NCBI GenBank assembly: GCA_036802405.1
Contig: DAIRWG010000002.1
Span: 2,013 to 66,012 of the forward strand
DNA: 64,000 bases
DNA from: Alloprevotella sp.
GTDB taxonomy: Bacteria > Bacteroidota > Bacteroidia > Bacteroidales > Bacteroidaceae
Reading direction: 5' to 3'
Of the stretch, positions 40,388-50,073 are shown one piece after another. Numbering within the stretch: position 1 is the stretch's first letter; each line of letters opens with the position of its first letter. The position numbers were made by a program, and so were the translations under genes. The notes under the pieces were generated by a model. That model was not told the origin of the DNA, ran no database searches, and was given only the letters and a program-made list of their open reading frames with translations.

Positions 40388-41431
40388 ATGTACAAGAAAC
40401 TCTTGAAATATGCACTGCCCCTTCTGGCGGCCTGCTCCTTGGCATCGTGTTCGGATGAGGGGGATCTCATCACTCCCTCCTACAACGACGGGGCACACTT
40501 CATCGCCTACAATGCGGCCGACAACCTCAAAGGCTCGCACGAAGTGCTCCTGGCCCGTTCGTCGGCCATTGAGCTTTGCCAGGTGGAGGGTGTGCAGCCC
40601 ACCGACGAGTTTGCCGCACGCCACAAGCAGACGGGCGAACTCACTTTCCTCAAGTGGGGCTATAAGTATGCCGGCCTGCAGGGCGATGCCGAGGGCCACT
40701 ACCAGCGCGTCTACTACAACGACACCATCCTCATCGGACTGGGCTTTGCCGACAACTGGCGGGTGGCCGACTACGACCTCCTGATGCTGCGCGGCCATGA
40801 GGCACAGACGCTCGATGCCTTCCATTTTGCCATTTTGGGCGATGTGGAGTGCGACCTCTCGAAGGTGCAGGGCGGCGTGGTCAGCGTGAAGGCACGTGGC
40901 TGGGACGATCCCGGTTCGGGCAATGCCATCGATTCGCTGCAGTTCATCGACAGTGCCACGGGCCGTGTGGTGGTGAGCAAGGCTTCCGACCTCAAGGGCG
41001 ACGGAACGGCCTACGAGGTGGTTGCCTTCCCGCGCGACAGCTTTGCCACCGGCCACTACGAGCTGTGGGTGAAGCGCTGGGCGCAGGGACTCCGCCAGCA
41101 GCTCTGCACGTTTTCCTACTTCAACTATGCCTTCACCGATTCCGACCCGATGCAGCGTGATGCCGAAGGACGCTATGTGCTGAAGTTCTTTGTGAACGAG
41201 TTCCACGACGGCGACACCTTCACCGTGGCCGACCGCACGAACAAAGGACGCTCGTATGTGGAGCGGAATGTGCCTTTCGATGCCGCCTGCTTCGACGAAT
41301 CGACCCACACCTATACTTACACGCTCAGCGACGATTGCTGGCGTGGCGAGCCTGAAAACGGCCTTGAGTTTGATGTCAACCTCAACATAGGTGGTGTGCG
41401 AACCAACGTGAGCGGCACGGCACGCATCTGA
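40388..41431 (+). CDS. Hypothetical surface lipoprotein at the end of the susC locus
   Basis: Lipobox LASC followed by acidic SDEGD; host-like codon usage. Confidence 0.75.
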   Translation: MYKKLLKYALPLLAACSLASCSDEGDLITPSYNDGAHFIAYNAADNLKGSHEVLLARSSAIELCQVEGVQPTDEFAARHKQTGELTFLKWGYKYAGLQGDAEGHYQRVYYNDTILIGLGFADNWRVADYDLLMLRGHEAQTLDAFHFAILGDVECDLSKVQGGVVSVKARGWDDPGSGNAIDSLQFIDSATGRVVVSKASDLKGDGTAYEVVAFPRDSFATGHYELWVKRWAQGLRQQLCTFSYFNYAFTDSDPMQRDAEGRYVLKFFVNEFHDGDTFTVADRTNKGRSYVERNVPFDAACFDESTHTYTYTLSDDCWRGEPENGLEFDVNLNIGGVRTNVSGTARI

Positions 41432-41461
41432 CCCTCCAGCGCGTAGGTCAGTGACCGTTGC

Positions 41462-41514
41462 AAAAAGGGAATCCCCCGCAAGCCAAACTCGGCTTGCGGG
41501 GGATTCCCTTTTTT
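41462..41514. terminator. Bidirectional intrinsic terminator between convergent genes
   Basis: aaaaagggaatcccccgcaagcc / ggcttgcgggggattcccttttt perfect inverted repeat. Confidence 0.9.
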
Positions 41515-41552
41515 GTGCTTTCTGTATTCTCGTCGTGTGCTTTTCGGCGTGT

Positions 41553-42386
41553 TCACTCACCCAGCTTGCGGCACCATCGTCCACCAAGCAGGCAGTAGAG
41601 GCCGAGAGCCACGAACGGCAGGCTAAGCAGCTGGCCCTGGTTGATGCCGATGGCGTGCTGCATGGCCATTTCCCAAGGTTCCTGCACTTCCTTGAAGAAT
41701 TCCACTACGAAGCGGAAGGCGAAGATGGAGGTGAGGCAGAAGCCGAAGAAGAAGCCCGTGCCCACACGCTTGGGGAAGCGGTGGTGGAGCCAGAGGCCGA
41801 TGAAGAAGAAGCAGAAATAGGCCACAGCCTCGTAGAGCTGTCCGGGGTGACGGGGCAGCGTGTCGCCGTTGTGCACGAACACGAAGCCGTAGTCGGAGTT
41901 GGTGAACTTGCCCACGATTTCGGAGTTCATGAGGTTGCCCAGTCGGATGAAGCAGGCGCAGATGGGAGTGGCTATGGCAATGTTGTCGAGCACACGCATG
42001 AGGTTGACCTTCGTGCGGTGCACGTAGAGCCACAGGGCAATCATCAGTCCGAGCGTGCCTCCGTGCGAGGCCAGTCCGGCATATCCCGTGAAGTGCCATG
42101 AGCCGTCGGGCAGCTGGCGCATGGGAAGCACCATTTCGAGCGGATGGCTGAGAAAATAGCCCGGCTCGTAGAGCAGGCAGTGGCCCAAGCGTGCCCCCGC
42201 CAGAATGCCGATGAAGCAGTAGAGGAAGAGCGGGTCGAACTTTTCCTGCGGAATGCGTTGCTGCTTGTAGAGCTTGTACACCACGATGTAGCCCAAAGCC
42301 AGGGCGATGCACCAGCAGATGGAGTACCACCTCACTTCAAAGTGGCCCAATGAGAAGGCGGTGATGGATGGATCCCAGATGATCAT
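41553..42386 (-). CDS. lgt: Prolipoprotein diacylglyceryl transferase
   Basis: VRWYS, GARLGHCLLY, GLASHGG, IRLGNLMNSEI.G, HPGQLYE and RF.VEF.K. Confidence 0.95.
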   Translation of the reverse strand: MIIWDPSITAFSLGHFEVRWYSICWCIALALGYIVVYKLYKQQRIPQEKFDPLFLYCFIGILAGARLGHCLLYEPGYFLSHPLEMVLPMRQLPDGSWHFTGYAGLASHGGTLGLMIALWLYVHRTKVNLMRVLDNIAIATPICACFIRLGNLMNSEIVGKFTNSDYGFVFVHNGDTLPRHPGQLYEAVAYFCFFFIGLWLHHRFPKRVGTGFFFGFCLTSIFAFRFVVEFFKEVQEPWEMAMQHAIGINQGQLLSLPFVALGLYCLLGGRWCRKLGE

Positions 42387-42413
42387 GTCTTTTGCTTGTC
42401 AACTAAAAACGCA

Positions 42414-43517
42414 TCATACATTGAACCGGAAGTGCATGATGTCGCCGTCCTGCACCTCGTATTCCTTGCCCTCCACATGGAGCAGTCCGGCATCGCGTAC
42501 GGCAGCTTCCGAGCCCAGGCGGATGTAGTCGTCATACTTGATGACCTCGGCACGGATGAAGCCCTTCTCGAAGTCGGTGTGGATGACGCCGGCGCACTGC
42601 GGTGCCTTCCATCCGCGGTGGTAAGTCCAAGCCTTCACCTCCATCTCGCCGGCAGTGATGAACGTTTCGAGGTTGAGCATCTTGTAGGCAGCCTTGATGA
42701 GGCGGTTGCAGCCGCTCTCCTCCAGTCCCACGTCTTGCAGGAACATCTGGCGTTCCTCGTAGGTTTCGAGTTCGGCAATGTCGGCCTCCGTCTGTGCGGC
42801 CAGCACAAGCACTTCTGCACCTTCCTCCTTCACGGCTTCGCGCACCTCGTCCACATAGTGGTTGCCGGTGGCGGCACTGCCTTCGTCCACGTTGCACACG
42901 TAGAGCACGGGCTTTGAGGTGAGCAGGAAGAGGCCTTTAGCAGCCTTCTCTTCCTCCAGCGTGTCAAACTGCACGCTGCGTGCGCTTTTTCCCTCTTCCA
43001 GGGCGGCCTTGTAGGCCAGCAGCACGTCGTATTCCACTTTGGCGTTCTTGTCGCCGCCCACCTTGGCCACTTTCTCCACACGCTTGATGCGGTTCTCCAC
43101 CGTTTCAAGGTCCTTCAGCTGCAGTTCGGTGTCGATGATTTCCTTGTCGCGCACGGGGTTGACGCTTCCGTCCACGTGCACCACGTTGCCGTCGTCGAAG
43201 CAGCGGAGCACATGGATGATGGCATCCGTTTCGCGGATGTTGCCCAGAAACTGGTTGCCCAGTCCTTCACCCTTGGAGGCGCCCTTCACGAGTCCGGCAA
43301 TGTCCACGATTTCCACCGTAGTGGGGACGATGCGTCCGGGGTGAACAAGCTCGGCCAGTTTGGTGAGGCGTTCATCGGGCACGGTGATCACGCCCACGTT
43401 GGGCTCGATGGTGCAGAAGGGGAAGTTGGCTGATTGTGCCTTGGCATTACTCAGGCAGTTGAACAAGGTGGACTTGCCCACGTTGGGGAGGCCCACAATG
43501 CCGCATTGTAAACTCAT
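42414..43517 (-). CDS. ychF: Redox-regulated ATPase YchF
   Basis: [45 protein letters not shown] and [16 protein letters not shown]. Confidence 0.97.
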   Translation of the reverse strand: MSLQCGIVGLPNVGKSTLFNCLSNAKAQSANFPFCTIEPNVGVITVPDERLTKLAELVHPGRIVPTTVEIVDIAGLVKGASKGEGLGNQFLGNIRETDAIIHVLRCFDDGNVVHVDGSVNPVRDKEIIDTELQLKDLETVENRIKRVEKVAKVGGDKNAKVEYDVLLAYKAALEEGKSARSVQFDTLEEEKAAKGLFLLTSKPVLYVCNVDEGSAATGNHYVDEVREAVKEEGAEVLVLAAQTEADIAELETYEERQMFLQDVGLEESGCNRLIKAAYKMLNLETFITAGEMEVKAWTYHRGWKAPQCAGVIHTDFEKGFIRAEVIKYDDYIRLGSEAAVRDAGLLHVEGKEYEVQDGDIMHFRFNV

Positions 43518-43724
43518 ATGGTGTTGTTTTGTTTTGTTTCTGAGCGGCAAAGTTACTAAATAATCACTATTCCCCGCCCGCAAGCATGGCAGATTCTTGG
43601 GCCAAGTGCTTGCGATTTCCTCCGGCAAGTGCTAAGTTTGCACTTCCAAAACCGTTCGGCTTGGCTGGAAGTCCCTTTGCAGGCACTTGTTTGGCCCGGC
43701 CGGCATAGCACATCCATTCACCCA

Positions 43725-44468
43725 ATGAAAGCAATTCTCCACACTTCGGAAGGCGACATTACGGTCAGCCTGCACGATGGCACTCCGCTGCATCGCGACA
43801 ACTTTGTGAAACTCGCCCGTGAGGGCTATTTCGACGGCACGCTGTTCCACCGCGTCATCCGCGACTTCATGATTCAGGGCGGCGATCCCGACAGCATCGG
43901 TGCCCCTGCCGGCAAGATGCTCGGCACGGGCGGCCCCGACTACACGGTGCCCGCCGAAATCGATGCACAACATTTCTTCCACCGCCGCGGCGCCTTGTGT
44001 GCCGCCCGTCAGGCCGATGAGGTCAATCCGCAGCGTGAGAGCAGCGGCAGCCAGTTCTACATCGTGTGGGGACAGACCTACAAGCCCGCCCAGCTCAAGC
44101 AGCTGGAGCGCCAGCTGGCCATGCAGCAGGAGCAGCAGGTGGCCAACGAACTGATGGCCGAGCACCGCAGCCAGATCATGCAGCTCCGCCGCGAACGCAA
44201 CCGTGAGGGGCTGGCTGCCCTTCAGGAACAGCTGCAGCAGGAGGTGAAGGACCGTTGCCGCCAGCTGGGCAAACCTGCGTTCACCCCCGAGCAGGTGGAG
44301 GCATACACCACCGTGGGCGGCACGCCTTTCCTCGATGGTGCCTACACCGTGTTCGGACAGGTGGAAACGGGGCTTGAGGTGGTCGACCGCATCCAGCAGT
44401 GCGACACACGACGCGACGACCGCCCCGTGGCCGACGTGGTGGTCCGCTCCGTGGAAGTGGTGGAATAA
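43725..44468 (+). CDS. Cyclophilin-type peptidyl-prolyl isomerase with a helical insert
   Basis: FHRVIRDFMIQGGDP, SGSQFYIV and LDGAYTVFGQV. Confidence 0.93.
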   Translation: MKAILHTSEGDITVSLHDGTPLHRDNFVKLAREGYFDGTLFHRVIRDFMIQGGDPDSIGAPAGKMLGTGGPDYTVPAEIDAQHFFHRRGALCAARQADEVNPQRESSGSQFYIVWGQTYKPAQLKQLERQLAMQQEQQVANELMAEHRSQIMQLRRERNREGLAALQEQLQQEVKDRCRQLGKPAFTPEQVEAYTTVGGTPFLDGAYTVFGQVETGLEVVDRIQQCDTRRDDRPVADVVVRSVEVVE

Positions 44469-44518
44469 TCCTTAGGTGTATCGTAGGGCGCCATGCCCTC
44501 TCCCATTGTAGGCAGAAA

Positions 44519-44561
44519 AACAGGCCGACGCGCAGCTCCATTTGCTGCGCGTCGGCCTGTT
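44519..44561. terminator. Terminator between the convergent cyclophilin and GT2 genes
   Basis: Perfect 18-bp stem aacaggccgacgcgcagc / gctgcgcgtcggcctgtt, with an A-tract on the left. Confidence 0.85.
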
Positions 44562-44591
44562 CCGTTAAGTAGGGTGCCCGAATAAAGTCGT

Positions 44592-45536
44592 TCAGTCGCC
44601 CATGCCGGCTTCTTCCTCCACAAAATAGCGGGGGCGGCGCTTCACCTCCGTGTAAATCTTTCCCACATATTCCCCGATGATGCCGCAGGCCAGCAGGATG
44701 GCTCCGCCGATGAACCACAGACTCACGATGAGCGACGTCCATCCCGTGATGGTCCGCCCTTCGAAGTAGGCCACCAGCCCGTAGACGATGGCGCAGCCGG
44801 CAATCAGCATGAACAGCATGCCCAGCCATGTGATGAGCTGCAGCGGACGCACGCTGAACGAGGTGATGCCGTCGAGCGCAAAGGCCAGCATGCGGCGCAG
44901 CGGATACTTCGATTCGCCCGCCTGGCGTTCGCTGCGGTCGTAGTAGACCATGGCCGAGGGGAAACCCATGGCCGACACCATGCCGCGCAGGAAGAGGTTG
45001 CGTTCGGGATAGGTGACGAGCGCCTGCATGGCGCGTCGGCTGAGCAGGCGGAAGTCGGCGTGGTTATACACCACCCCCGTGTGCATCGCCCGCATCATGC
45101 GGTAGAAGGCCAGCGCGGTGGAACGCTTGAACCACGTGTCGGTGCGCCGCTCGCGCCGCACGCCAAACACCACGTCGATGCCGCGCCCGAAGTAGTCCAC
45201 CATGTCGGGAATCACCTCCACATCGTCCTGCAGGTCGGCATCGATGCTCACCGAGGCATCGGCATGCGCGGCAGCCCATTCCAGTCCGGCCCAGAGTGCC
45301 TGCTGGTGCCCCACGTTGTGGGCCAGTTTCAAGCCGCAGGCCAACGGGCTTTCCGCTGCATAGGTGCTGATGAGGCTCCAGGTGCGGTCGCGGCTCCCGT
45401 CGTCCACATAGAGCACCCGCCCTTCGCTCACCCGTCCCTCGTCGGTCAGGCGGCGGAGCATGGCGGTGAGCACGGCATGCGTGTGCGGCAGCACTTCCTG
45501 CTCGTTGTAGCAGGGAACGATGATGATCAGTTTCAT
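44592..45536 (-). CDS. GT2 polyprenol-phosphate glycosyltransferase (GtrB-like)
   Basis: IVPCYNE, VDDGSRD, IDADLQD, DFRLLSR, GESKY, two C-terminal TMs and GEYVGKIY.EVK.RP.Y. Confidence 0.92.
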   Translation of the reverse strand: MKLIIIVPCYNEQEVLPHTHAVLTAMLRRLTDEGRVSEGRVLYVDDGSRDRTWSLISTYAAESPLACGLKLAHNVGHQQALWAGLEWAAAHADASVSIDADLQDDVEVIPDMVDYFGRGIDVVFGVRRERRTDTWFKRSTALAFYRMMRAMHTGVVYNHADFRLLSRRAMQALVTYPERNLFLRGMVSAMGFPSAMVYYDRSERQAGESKYPLRRMLAFALDGITSFSVRPLQLITWLGMLFMLIAGCAIVYGLVAYFEGRTITGWTSLIVSLWFIGGAILLACGIIGEYVGKIYTEVKRRPRYFVEEEAGMGD

Positions 45537-45587
45537 AGCGATAGCAGAGATTTGGGAGTTTTTTCGGGAGAAGGGGTAGGGCAGAAG

Positions 45588-45968
45588 TCAATGGCGCTTG
45601 AACACGAAGCGCACCAGCACGAAGTTCACCGGAATGGCCACGGCAAACACCGGTGCCGGTGCCCACACCGCCGGCACGCCAGCCCACAGGAAGAGATTGA
45701 GCAGCACGATGTGCAGCACATAGTTCACACAGTGCGCCCCGGCCATGCCGATGAAGCGTGGCCACGAAGGGCGCGCACCGAAGGTGAAGTAGGCCGTGAG
45801 GTAGAAGTTGGCCACAAAGCTCACCACATAGCCCACGGTGTAGGCCACACTGGGCGGCAGCAGGTGCAGCAGGAGCAGATAGAGGCCATAGTGCAGGGCC
45901 GTGGCCATTCCTCCCACCAAGGCAAAGCGCAAGGCTTCGCCCAAGGTCTTTTTCGATTTGAACGGCAT
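45588..45968 (-). CDS. GtrA family flippase-like protein
   Basis: 126 aa with four TMs; RFALVGG..T, NF......TF and NF.L.RFVF pattern. Confidence 0.88.
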   Translation of the reverse strand: MPFKSKKTLGEALRFALVGGMATALHYGLYLLLLHLLPPSVAYTVGYVVSFVANFYLTAYFTFGARPSWPRFIGMAGAHCVNYVLHIVLLNLFLWAGVPAVWAPAPVFAVAIPVNFVLVRFVFKRH

Positions 45969-45978
45969 GGTGCAAATG

Positions 45979-47706
45979 CTAACGGGTGGAAAAGTAGTAA
46001 AGCTTCAGCATCTTGTGGTCGTCGCAGCTGCGGTGCTCGAAATCCTTCACGAGTCGCACCTTCATCAGCGGGTGGCGCTGCTTGAAGTCATCGATTTCGT
46101 CGTTGCCCACGATCAGATAGCCCGCTTCGGGACGGAAAGCCTCGAAGGGCACCACGCGGTCGGCCAGATAGTAGTTGATGGTGAAGGGATGCATCGGGTT
46201 GCCTTCCACCACGTCCTTCCGGAAGGAATAGATGCGTCCCGTGGGCTGCAGGCGGGCGATGAATTCGGCTTGCGGCTTGTCGCTCTTGACATTGAGCACC
46301 AGGGGCTGGAACACGCCGTCGAGCGCGAAAAAGATGCCCGCCACCATGCCCACCATGCCCGCCGTCATCCGTTTGTGCCAGTGCCATGCCGCCAGCACGG
46401 TGAGCAGCGGCACTGCCGAGGCCATGACCTGCAGCCAGTCGAGCGGTGTGTCGCGCAAGGCGGCCAGCATGGCCGCATTCTGTGCGGCGTGCGAGCCGTG
46501 GCCGAAGATGCTTTCAGGCACGAGTCCGGCGCGCACGGCCGAAAATGCCATGGTGAGGAGCAGGGCCAGTGTGGCCAGCAGCCTGTTGAACCAGCGGATC
46601 ACCCGCTGGTGGTTGTGGCGCAGCCACATCACATATTCAGCCAGGAAATAGGCCAGGAACGGATAGATGGGCAGCAAGTAGACGCTGCGCTTGCTCTTGG
46701 GAATGCAGTAGAACACGAAGATGATGGCGAAACTCAGCAGCGAGTACAGCCGTACGTCGTCCATCCGGCCGATGCGTTCCTTCAGCCGTGTCCACCAGGT
46801 GGAGGGAGTCGGGCAGAGCGAAGGCTTGCGCCATTTCAGTGCAAAAAGCGAGAAGAGCACCAGCAGCGTGTAGGGGGCAAACCCCGTCAGCACGGTCATC
46901 ACGTTGTAGGGCCAGGGGTTCACATGGCTCTCATAGGTCATCTTGCCCAAGAGGCGCAGCACGTTTTCCTCATACACCAAGTGCAGGAAACGTTCGCCGC
47001 CCTGCTCGTAGGCCGCCACATACCACACGGCCGGAAGCAGCAGTGCCAGCAGCCCCGTGAGCACGAACTTTCCCGTCACGCGCCAGAATCCCTTGCCCCG
47101 TATCCAGGCAAACACCGCCGCCACCAGGCAGGGAAGGGCCAGTCCCACCGGCCCTTTGCTCAGGAAGGCCCCGCTCAGGCAGAGTATGCCCAGCAGCGGC
47201 AGCCCCTTCATGCCGCGCTCCACCCAGCGGTAGAGGGCAAACAGAGCCAGCACCATCATGCAGGAGAGCACCATGTCGACGCGGCAAGCCACTCCGGCAC
47301 GGTGCACCTCGAAGTTGGTGAGCGTGAGCAGAGCGGTGAGCAAGGCCAGCATCACGCCCCTGCGGCGGGCATAGAAGGCATAGGTGCCCAGAGCCATGGC
47401 CGTCAGCCCCAGGGCCGAGGGCAAGCGGGTGGCATATTCCGTCACGCCGCCCGTGAGCAGCGAGCAGAGGGCCGCCAGCCAGTGGAAGAAGGGCGGCTTG
47501 TAGGCCATGTCCACACCGTTGTTGATGGGCAGCACCCAATTGCCCTTTTCGATCATCGACAGCGCCACCACCGCTTCGCGCGGTTCGCCTCGGGTGTTGA
47601 AGAGCGTTTCGCCCAGAAAGCAGCACAGCGTCAGGGCGCAGAAGGCCAGCAGCATCCAGCCCCAGCGGCGGGCCGCTTGTGGTTCGTAAGTTGATGGAAT
47701 GTTCAT
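45979..47706 (-). CDS. ArnT/PMT-like GT-C glycosyltransferase
   Basis: EPREA..A.SM...GNW.LP, KPPFFHW, TRLPSAL, RVDM, LSKGPVG and SKR.VYLLP.YP; polytopic. Confidence 0.88.
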   Translation of the reverse strand: MNIPSTYEPQAARRWGWMLLAFCALTLCCFLGETLFNTRGEPREAVVALSMIEKGNWVLPINNGVDMAYKPPFFHWLAALCSLLTGGVTEYATRLPSALGLTAMALGTYAFYARRRGVMLALLTALLTLTNFEVHRAGVACRVDMVLSCMMVLALFALYRWVERGMKGLPLLGILCLSGAFLSKGPVGLALPCLVAAVFAWIRGKGFWRVTGKFVLTGLLALLLPAVWYVAAYEQGGERFLHLVYEENVLRLLGKMTYESHVNPWPYNVMTVLTGFAPYTLLVLFSLFALKWRKPSLCPTPSTWWTRLKERIGRMDDVRLYSLLSFAIIFVFYCIPKSKRSVYLLPIYPFLAYFLAEYVMWLRHNHQRVIRWFNRLLATLALLLTMAFSAVRAGLVPESIFGHGSHAAQNAAMLAALRDTPLDWLQVMASAVPLLTVLAAWHWHKRMTAGMVGMVAGIFFALDGVFQPLVLNVKSDKPQAEFIARLQPTGRIYSFRKDVVEGNPMHPFTINYYLADRVVPFEAFRPEAGYLIVGNDEIDDFKQRHPLMKVRLVKDFEHRSCDDHKMLKLYYFSTR

Positions 47707-47768
47707 CGCAATAGTAGTGGGATAGGTTCTTTTCAGTGGGAAAAAAGATAGGGAAATAATTGCGTACG

Positions 47769-48308
47769 TCAGAAGTCCTCGTCGGTTTCCTCGTGCCGCC
47801 TTTCGGGCAGAGTGAGCAGGAAAGCCTCCTCGTTGCGCCTGCGGCCGAAACTCAGGTCGATGCCCGCCTCCAGCAGCTGTCGTGCCAGGGCCGGGCGGCC
47901 CCGGAATCCGTGCACCGTCCACTGCACCGTGGGGCGCAGTGCCTTGTGCAGACGCAGCAGGCGGTCGAAGGCACGCACGATGTGCAGCGTGACGGGCAGT
48001 TGCAGCCTTTCGGCCAGTGTCAGCTGCTCCACCAGCACCGTTTCCTGCACCTCGGCAGCCGCTCCCCGCAGCAAGTCGATGCCGCATTCGCCCAGTGCCA
48101 CCACTTGCGGGTGACGGAGCAGTTGCGGCAGTTGCCTGAGCATGGAAGCCGTTTCCTCGGCATCGGCCGTCCACCAGGGATGGATGCCCGCCGAGTAGAG
48201 TGCGCCCCGACGTGGACAGAAGAGCCTCGGCTGCAGCATCCATTCGCGGGGCAGGTTGATGACGGCCTCTCCGGCGGGTGCCAGAAGGTTGTGCGTGTGA
48301 AAGTCCAT
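47769..48308 (-). CDS. TatD family hydrolase (short form)
   Basis: DFHTH, GIHPW, GECGID, LH, HGF and ETD motifs. Confidence 0.85.
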   Translation of the reverse strand: MDFHTHNLLAPAGEAVINLPREWMLQPRLFCPRRGALYSAGIHPWWTADAEETASMLRQLPQLLRHPQVVALGECGIDLLRGAAAEVQETVLVEQLTLAERLQLPVTLHIVRAFDRLLRLHKALRPTVQWTVHGFRGRPALARQLLEAGIDLSFGRRRNEEAFLLTLPERRHEETDEDF

Positions 48309-48345
48309 AGGCATTTTTGGGGGGGGAGGGCAGAGGATCAGGGCC

Positions 48346-48579
48346 TCAGGGCACGGGGTCGTAGCCGCTGCCGCCCCAGGGGTGGCAGCGCAGGATGCGG
48401 CGGATGGCCAGATAAAGCCCCTTCACGGGGCCGTGCTTCTGTATGGCCTCCATGGCATACTGCGAGCAGGTGGGCGTGAAGCGGCACGAAGGTGGAGTGA
48501 GGGGCGAAATGTAGCGGCGGTAGATGCGGATGGGAAAGAGCAGCAGTGCCACCGCCACCTCGCGCAGGAATCGGATCAT
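48346..48579 (-). CDS. yidD: Membrane protein insertion efficiency factor YidD
   Basis: [16 protein letters not shown] and [17 protein letters not shown]. Confidence 0.95.
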   Translation of the reverse strand: MIRFLREVAVALLLFPIRIYRRYISPLTPPSCRFTPTCSQYAMEAIQKHGPVKGLYLAIRRILRCHPWGGSGYDPVP

Positions 48580-49001
48580 GGTGCAGGGTGTTGTGAGGAA
48601 CATGCCGTTGGTGCCTTTCCGCATTTCTCAGCCAAGCGGTTGAGCACGGTGCGCATGCGTGCATGCACGAGGCGCGAGCCGACGGGCTGGTCCGACAGCC
48701 AGATGAAAGCCACGTTCAGCGCCAGGCCTTCGGGCAGCGCCTCCGTGAGCAGGTGCTTCTGCAGGCGGTAGGCCTCGCGCACCTGCCGCTTGGCCCGGTT
48801 GCGGTCGACAGCATGCTTGAATTTGCGTTTCGACACACTGATGAGCACCTTCACGCGCGGCCCGCTGCCTCCGTACTCCTTCGTGCGGAAGGTGGTGCGG
48901 AGCGGAAAGATCGTCACCGAACGGCTGCCGGAGGTGAAGAGTTCCTCTATTTCTTTTTTCAGGCAGAGATGCTCTGCCTTGGGGAAGGCGAATTGCTTCA
49001 T
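48576..49001 (-). CDS. rnpA: Ribonuclease P protein component
   Basis: FPK.EHL and [25 protein letters not shown]. Confidence 0.93.
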   Translation of the reverse strand: MKQFAFPKAEHLCLKKEIEELFTSGSRSVTIFPLRTTFRTKEYGGSGPRVKVLISVSKRKFKHAVDRNRAKRQVREAYRLQKHLLTEALPEGLALNVAFIWLSDQPVGSRLVHARMRTVLNRLAEKCGKAPTACSSQHPAP

Positions 49002-49060
49002 GTGTGGAGTGTCTTCTGTGGGGGATGAATGCCTGTTGTCAGGCTTTGCAGGCAAAATTA

Positions 49061-49096
49061 TAAAAAAACCGGCAATGACGTGGTGCCATTGCCGGT
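49061..49096 (-). terminator. Intrinsic terminator of hemD, abutting the rnpA -7 box
   Basis: accggcaatg / cattgccggt stem, then a T-tract on the minus strand; TAATTTTG on the minus strand at 49053-49060. Confidence 0.75.
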
Positions 49097-49143
49097 CAAT
49101 CGTATGGGTTACGGTGCCGCATGCGCTTAGGCGCGCCGTTGCG

Positions 49144-49887
49144 TCACTGGTTGTTCTCTTCCAGATAGAGGTCGATGGCCGCCGTCATCGAGCGGGCCTT
49201 CTCGGTGGGTGCGCAGAGTTCGATGTCGAGTCCGGCATCCTCCATGGCCTTCTTGGTGGCCGGTCCGAAGCAGGCCAGCTTCACGCCGAGCTCCTTGAAG
49301 TTGGGGAAGTTCTGGAGCAGCGAATCCACGCCGGCGGGGGTGAAGAGAGCCACCATGTCGGCATCCAGCTTCTGGCCTTCGGGGAAATCGTTGCTCACAG
49401 TGCGGTACATCACGCACTCCGTGTGCTTGAGTTTCTTGGCATCGAGCATCTGGGCAATGTCGTCGTTGTGCACGTCTGACAGGGGCACGAGGTAGTTCTC
49501 CGTCTTGTGCTTGGCCATCACGGCCACGAGTTCCGGCCATTTTCCGGTGCTGCCGAAGAACACCTTGCGTTTGCGGTACTGAACGTACTTCTGGATGTAG
49601 AGAGCCACCGTTTCGGAAATGCCGAAGTACTTCATGTCCTCGGGGATGGCCACACGCAGCTCCTTGCACAGGGTGAAGAAGAAGTCGATGGCATGACGTG
49701 AATTGAACACGATGGCCGTGTGGTCGAGAATCTGGACCTTCTGCTGGCGGAATTCGCGTGACGTCAGTCCTTCAATTTTGATGAAGGGGTGGAAGTCGAA
49801 TTCAACGTGGTGCTTGGCGGCAATCTCGAAGTAGGGAGATTTTTCGGAAGTAGGTTTCGGCTGCGAAACAAGAATCTTCTTGATCAT
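49144..49887 (-). CDS. hemD: Uroporphyrinogen-III synthase family protein
   Basis: IKKILVSQPKP..KSPY, YIQKYVQYRKRKVFF and MYRTVSND; typical position before rnpA. Confidence 0.85.
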   Translation of the reverse strand: MIKKILVSQPKPTSEKSPYFEIAAKHHVEFDFHPFIKIEGLTSREFRQQKVQILDHTAIVFNSRHAIDFFFTLCKELRVAIPEDMKYFGISETVALYIQKYVQYRKRKVFFGSTGKWPELVAVMAKHKTENYLVPLSDVHNDDIAQMLDAKKLKHTECVMYRTVSNDFPEGQKLDADMVALFTPAGVDSLLQNFPNFKELGVKLACFGPATKKAMEDAGLDIELCAPTEKARSMTAAIDLYLEENNQ

Positions 49888-50073
49888 GGACTACTTTTGT
49901 TGTTCAGCTGGATGGGGGACTTCATGGCATGGCGTTTCTCCGTCGGGCGTTTCCCATAATGGGGAGTTAGGCTGGTGCGGCAAGCGTGTGGCTGCAGCAT
50001 GGGCCTAACTCCCGATTGGCAGGTTAACCTTCCGGGGAAGCGTGCGGCTCACGCGGCCCCCGTATGTTTGTAA

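Noticed and set aside
44100..44270. Gln-rich insert in the cyclophilin
   Set aside because: Helical inserts at this position are, to my knowledge, common in Bacteroidales cyclophilins, and there are no intein motifs.
45979..48243. 754-aa ORF suggesting a TatD-ArnT fusion
   Set aside because: TatD is in a different frame with its own stop at 47769. The ArnT-like gene plausibly starts at 47706.
48319..48326. G8 run upstream of tatD and a similar C-run inside the CPBP gene as phase-variation tracts
   Set aside because: Too short to stand out in a GC-rich genome, and the reading frames are intact.
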